DNA of 64,000 nucleotides. Source: Nemertoderma westbladi (Eukaryota; Animalia; Xenacoelomorpha). Below, one piece after another: positions 63,663 to 64,000 of the stretch. A program made the translations under genes and the position numbers. Location of the stretch: NCBI GenBank assembly GCA_032718475.1, contig JAUCBJ010000981.1:23308-87307 (forward strand), written 5' to 3'. The notes beneath the pieces were generated by a model, which was not told the DNA's origin, made no database searches, and saw only the letters and a program-made list of their open reading frames with translations. How positions within the stretch are numbered: the first letter of the stretch is position 1; the number at the start of each line of letters is the position of its first letter.

Positions 63663-64000
63663 ATAGTCTGAGCCTCAGTGAGGCATAGTCTGAACCTCAG
63701 TGAGGCATAGTCTGAGCCTCAGTGCCTCAGTGATGCATAGTCTGAGCGTCAGTGAGGCATAGTCTGAGCCTCAGTGCCACAGTGAGGCATAGTCTGAGCC
63801 TCAGTGCCACATTGAGGCATAGTCTGAGCCTCAGTGAAGCATAGTCTGAGCCTCAGTGAGGCATAGTCTGAACCTCAGTGAGGCATAGTCTGAGCCTCAG
63901 TGCCTCAGAGAGGCATAGTCTGAGCCTCAGTGCCTCTGTGAGGCATAGTCTGAGCCTCAGTGAGGCATAGTCTGAGCCTTAGTGCCTCAGTGAGGCATAG
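63663..64000. repeat. Second copy of the 22-bp minisatellite
   Basis: Same unit and a similar order of variants as 62029-62810. Confidence 0.95.

Larger units (their letters stand above)
61185..64000. repeat. 1634-bp tandem duplication (second copy runs off the window)
   Basis: cacattagtatagtttt at 61185 and 62819; ORFs 61345..61857 and 62979..63491 differ by 3 aa. Confidence 0.95.

Overview
AT-rich eukaryotic DNA, most likely from an invertebrate animal, made almost entirely of nested and mostly decayed transposable elements and satellites. The retroelements are two CRE-like RLE non-LTR elements at a 37-bp minisatellite, two RTE LINE families with (TAG)n tails, CR1/L2 fragments, and a young pol-less BEL/Pao-like LTR element (25016-31897, TSD GGTCC) with relatives and solo LTRs. 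The DNA transposons are nested Harbinger elements, an Academ element, hAT-like and Chapaev/Transib (RAG1-core-like) transposase relics, and DINE-1/HINE-like elements. The only plausible host gene is a single-exon Ly6/three-finger-like GPI-type surface protein (42516-43244). The most notable signals are non-coding. Three hammerhead ribozymes are present: a complete type III inside a ~460-nt retrozyme-like insertion, a minimal type I fused to a tRNA-like Pol III head, and a Penelope-type minimal type I. The LTR family has conserved, covarying hairpins, no tRNA PBS, and two arrays of eight stem-loops where pol would be. All calls were made by eye from motifs; family assignments were not checked against databases, and coordinates marked approximate are estimates.
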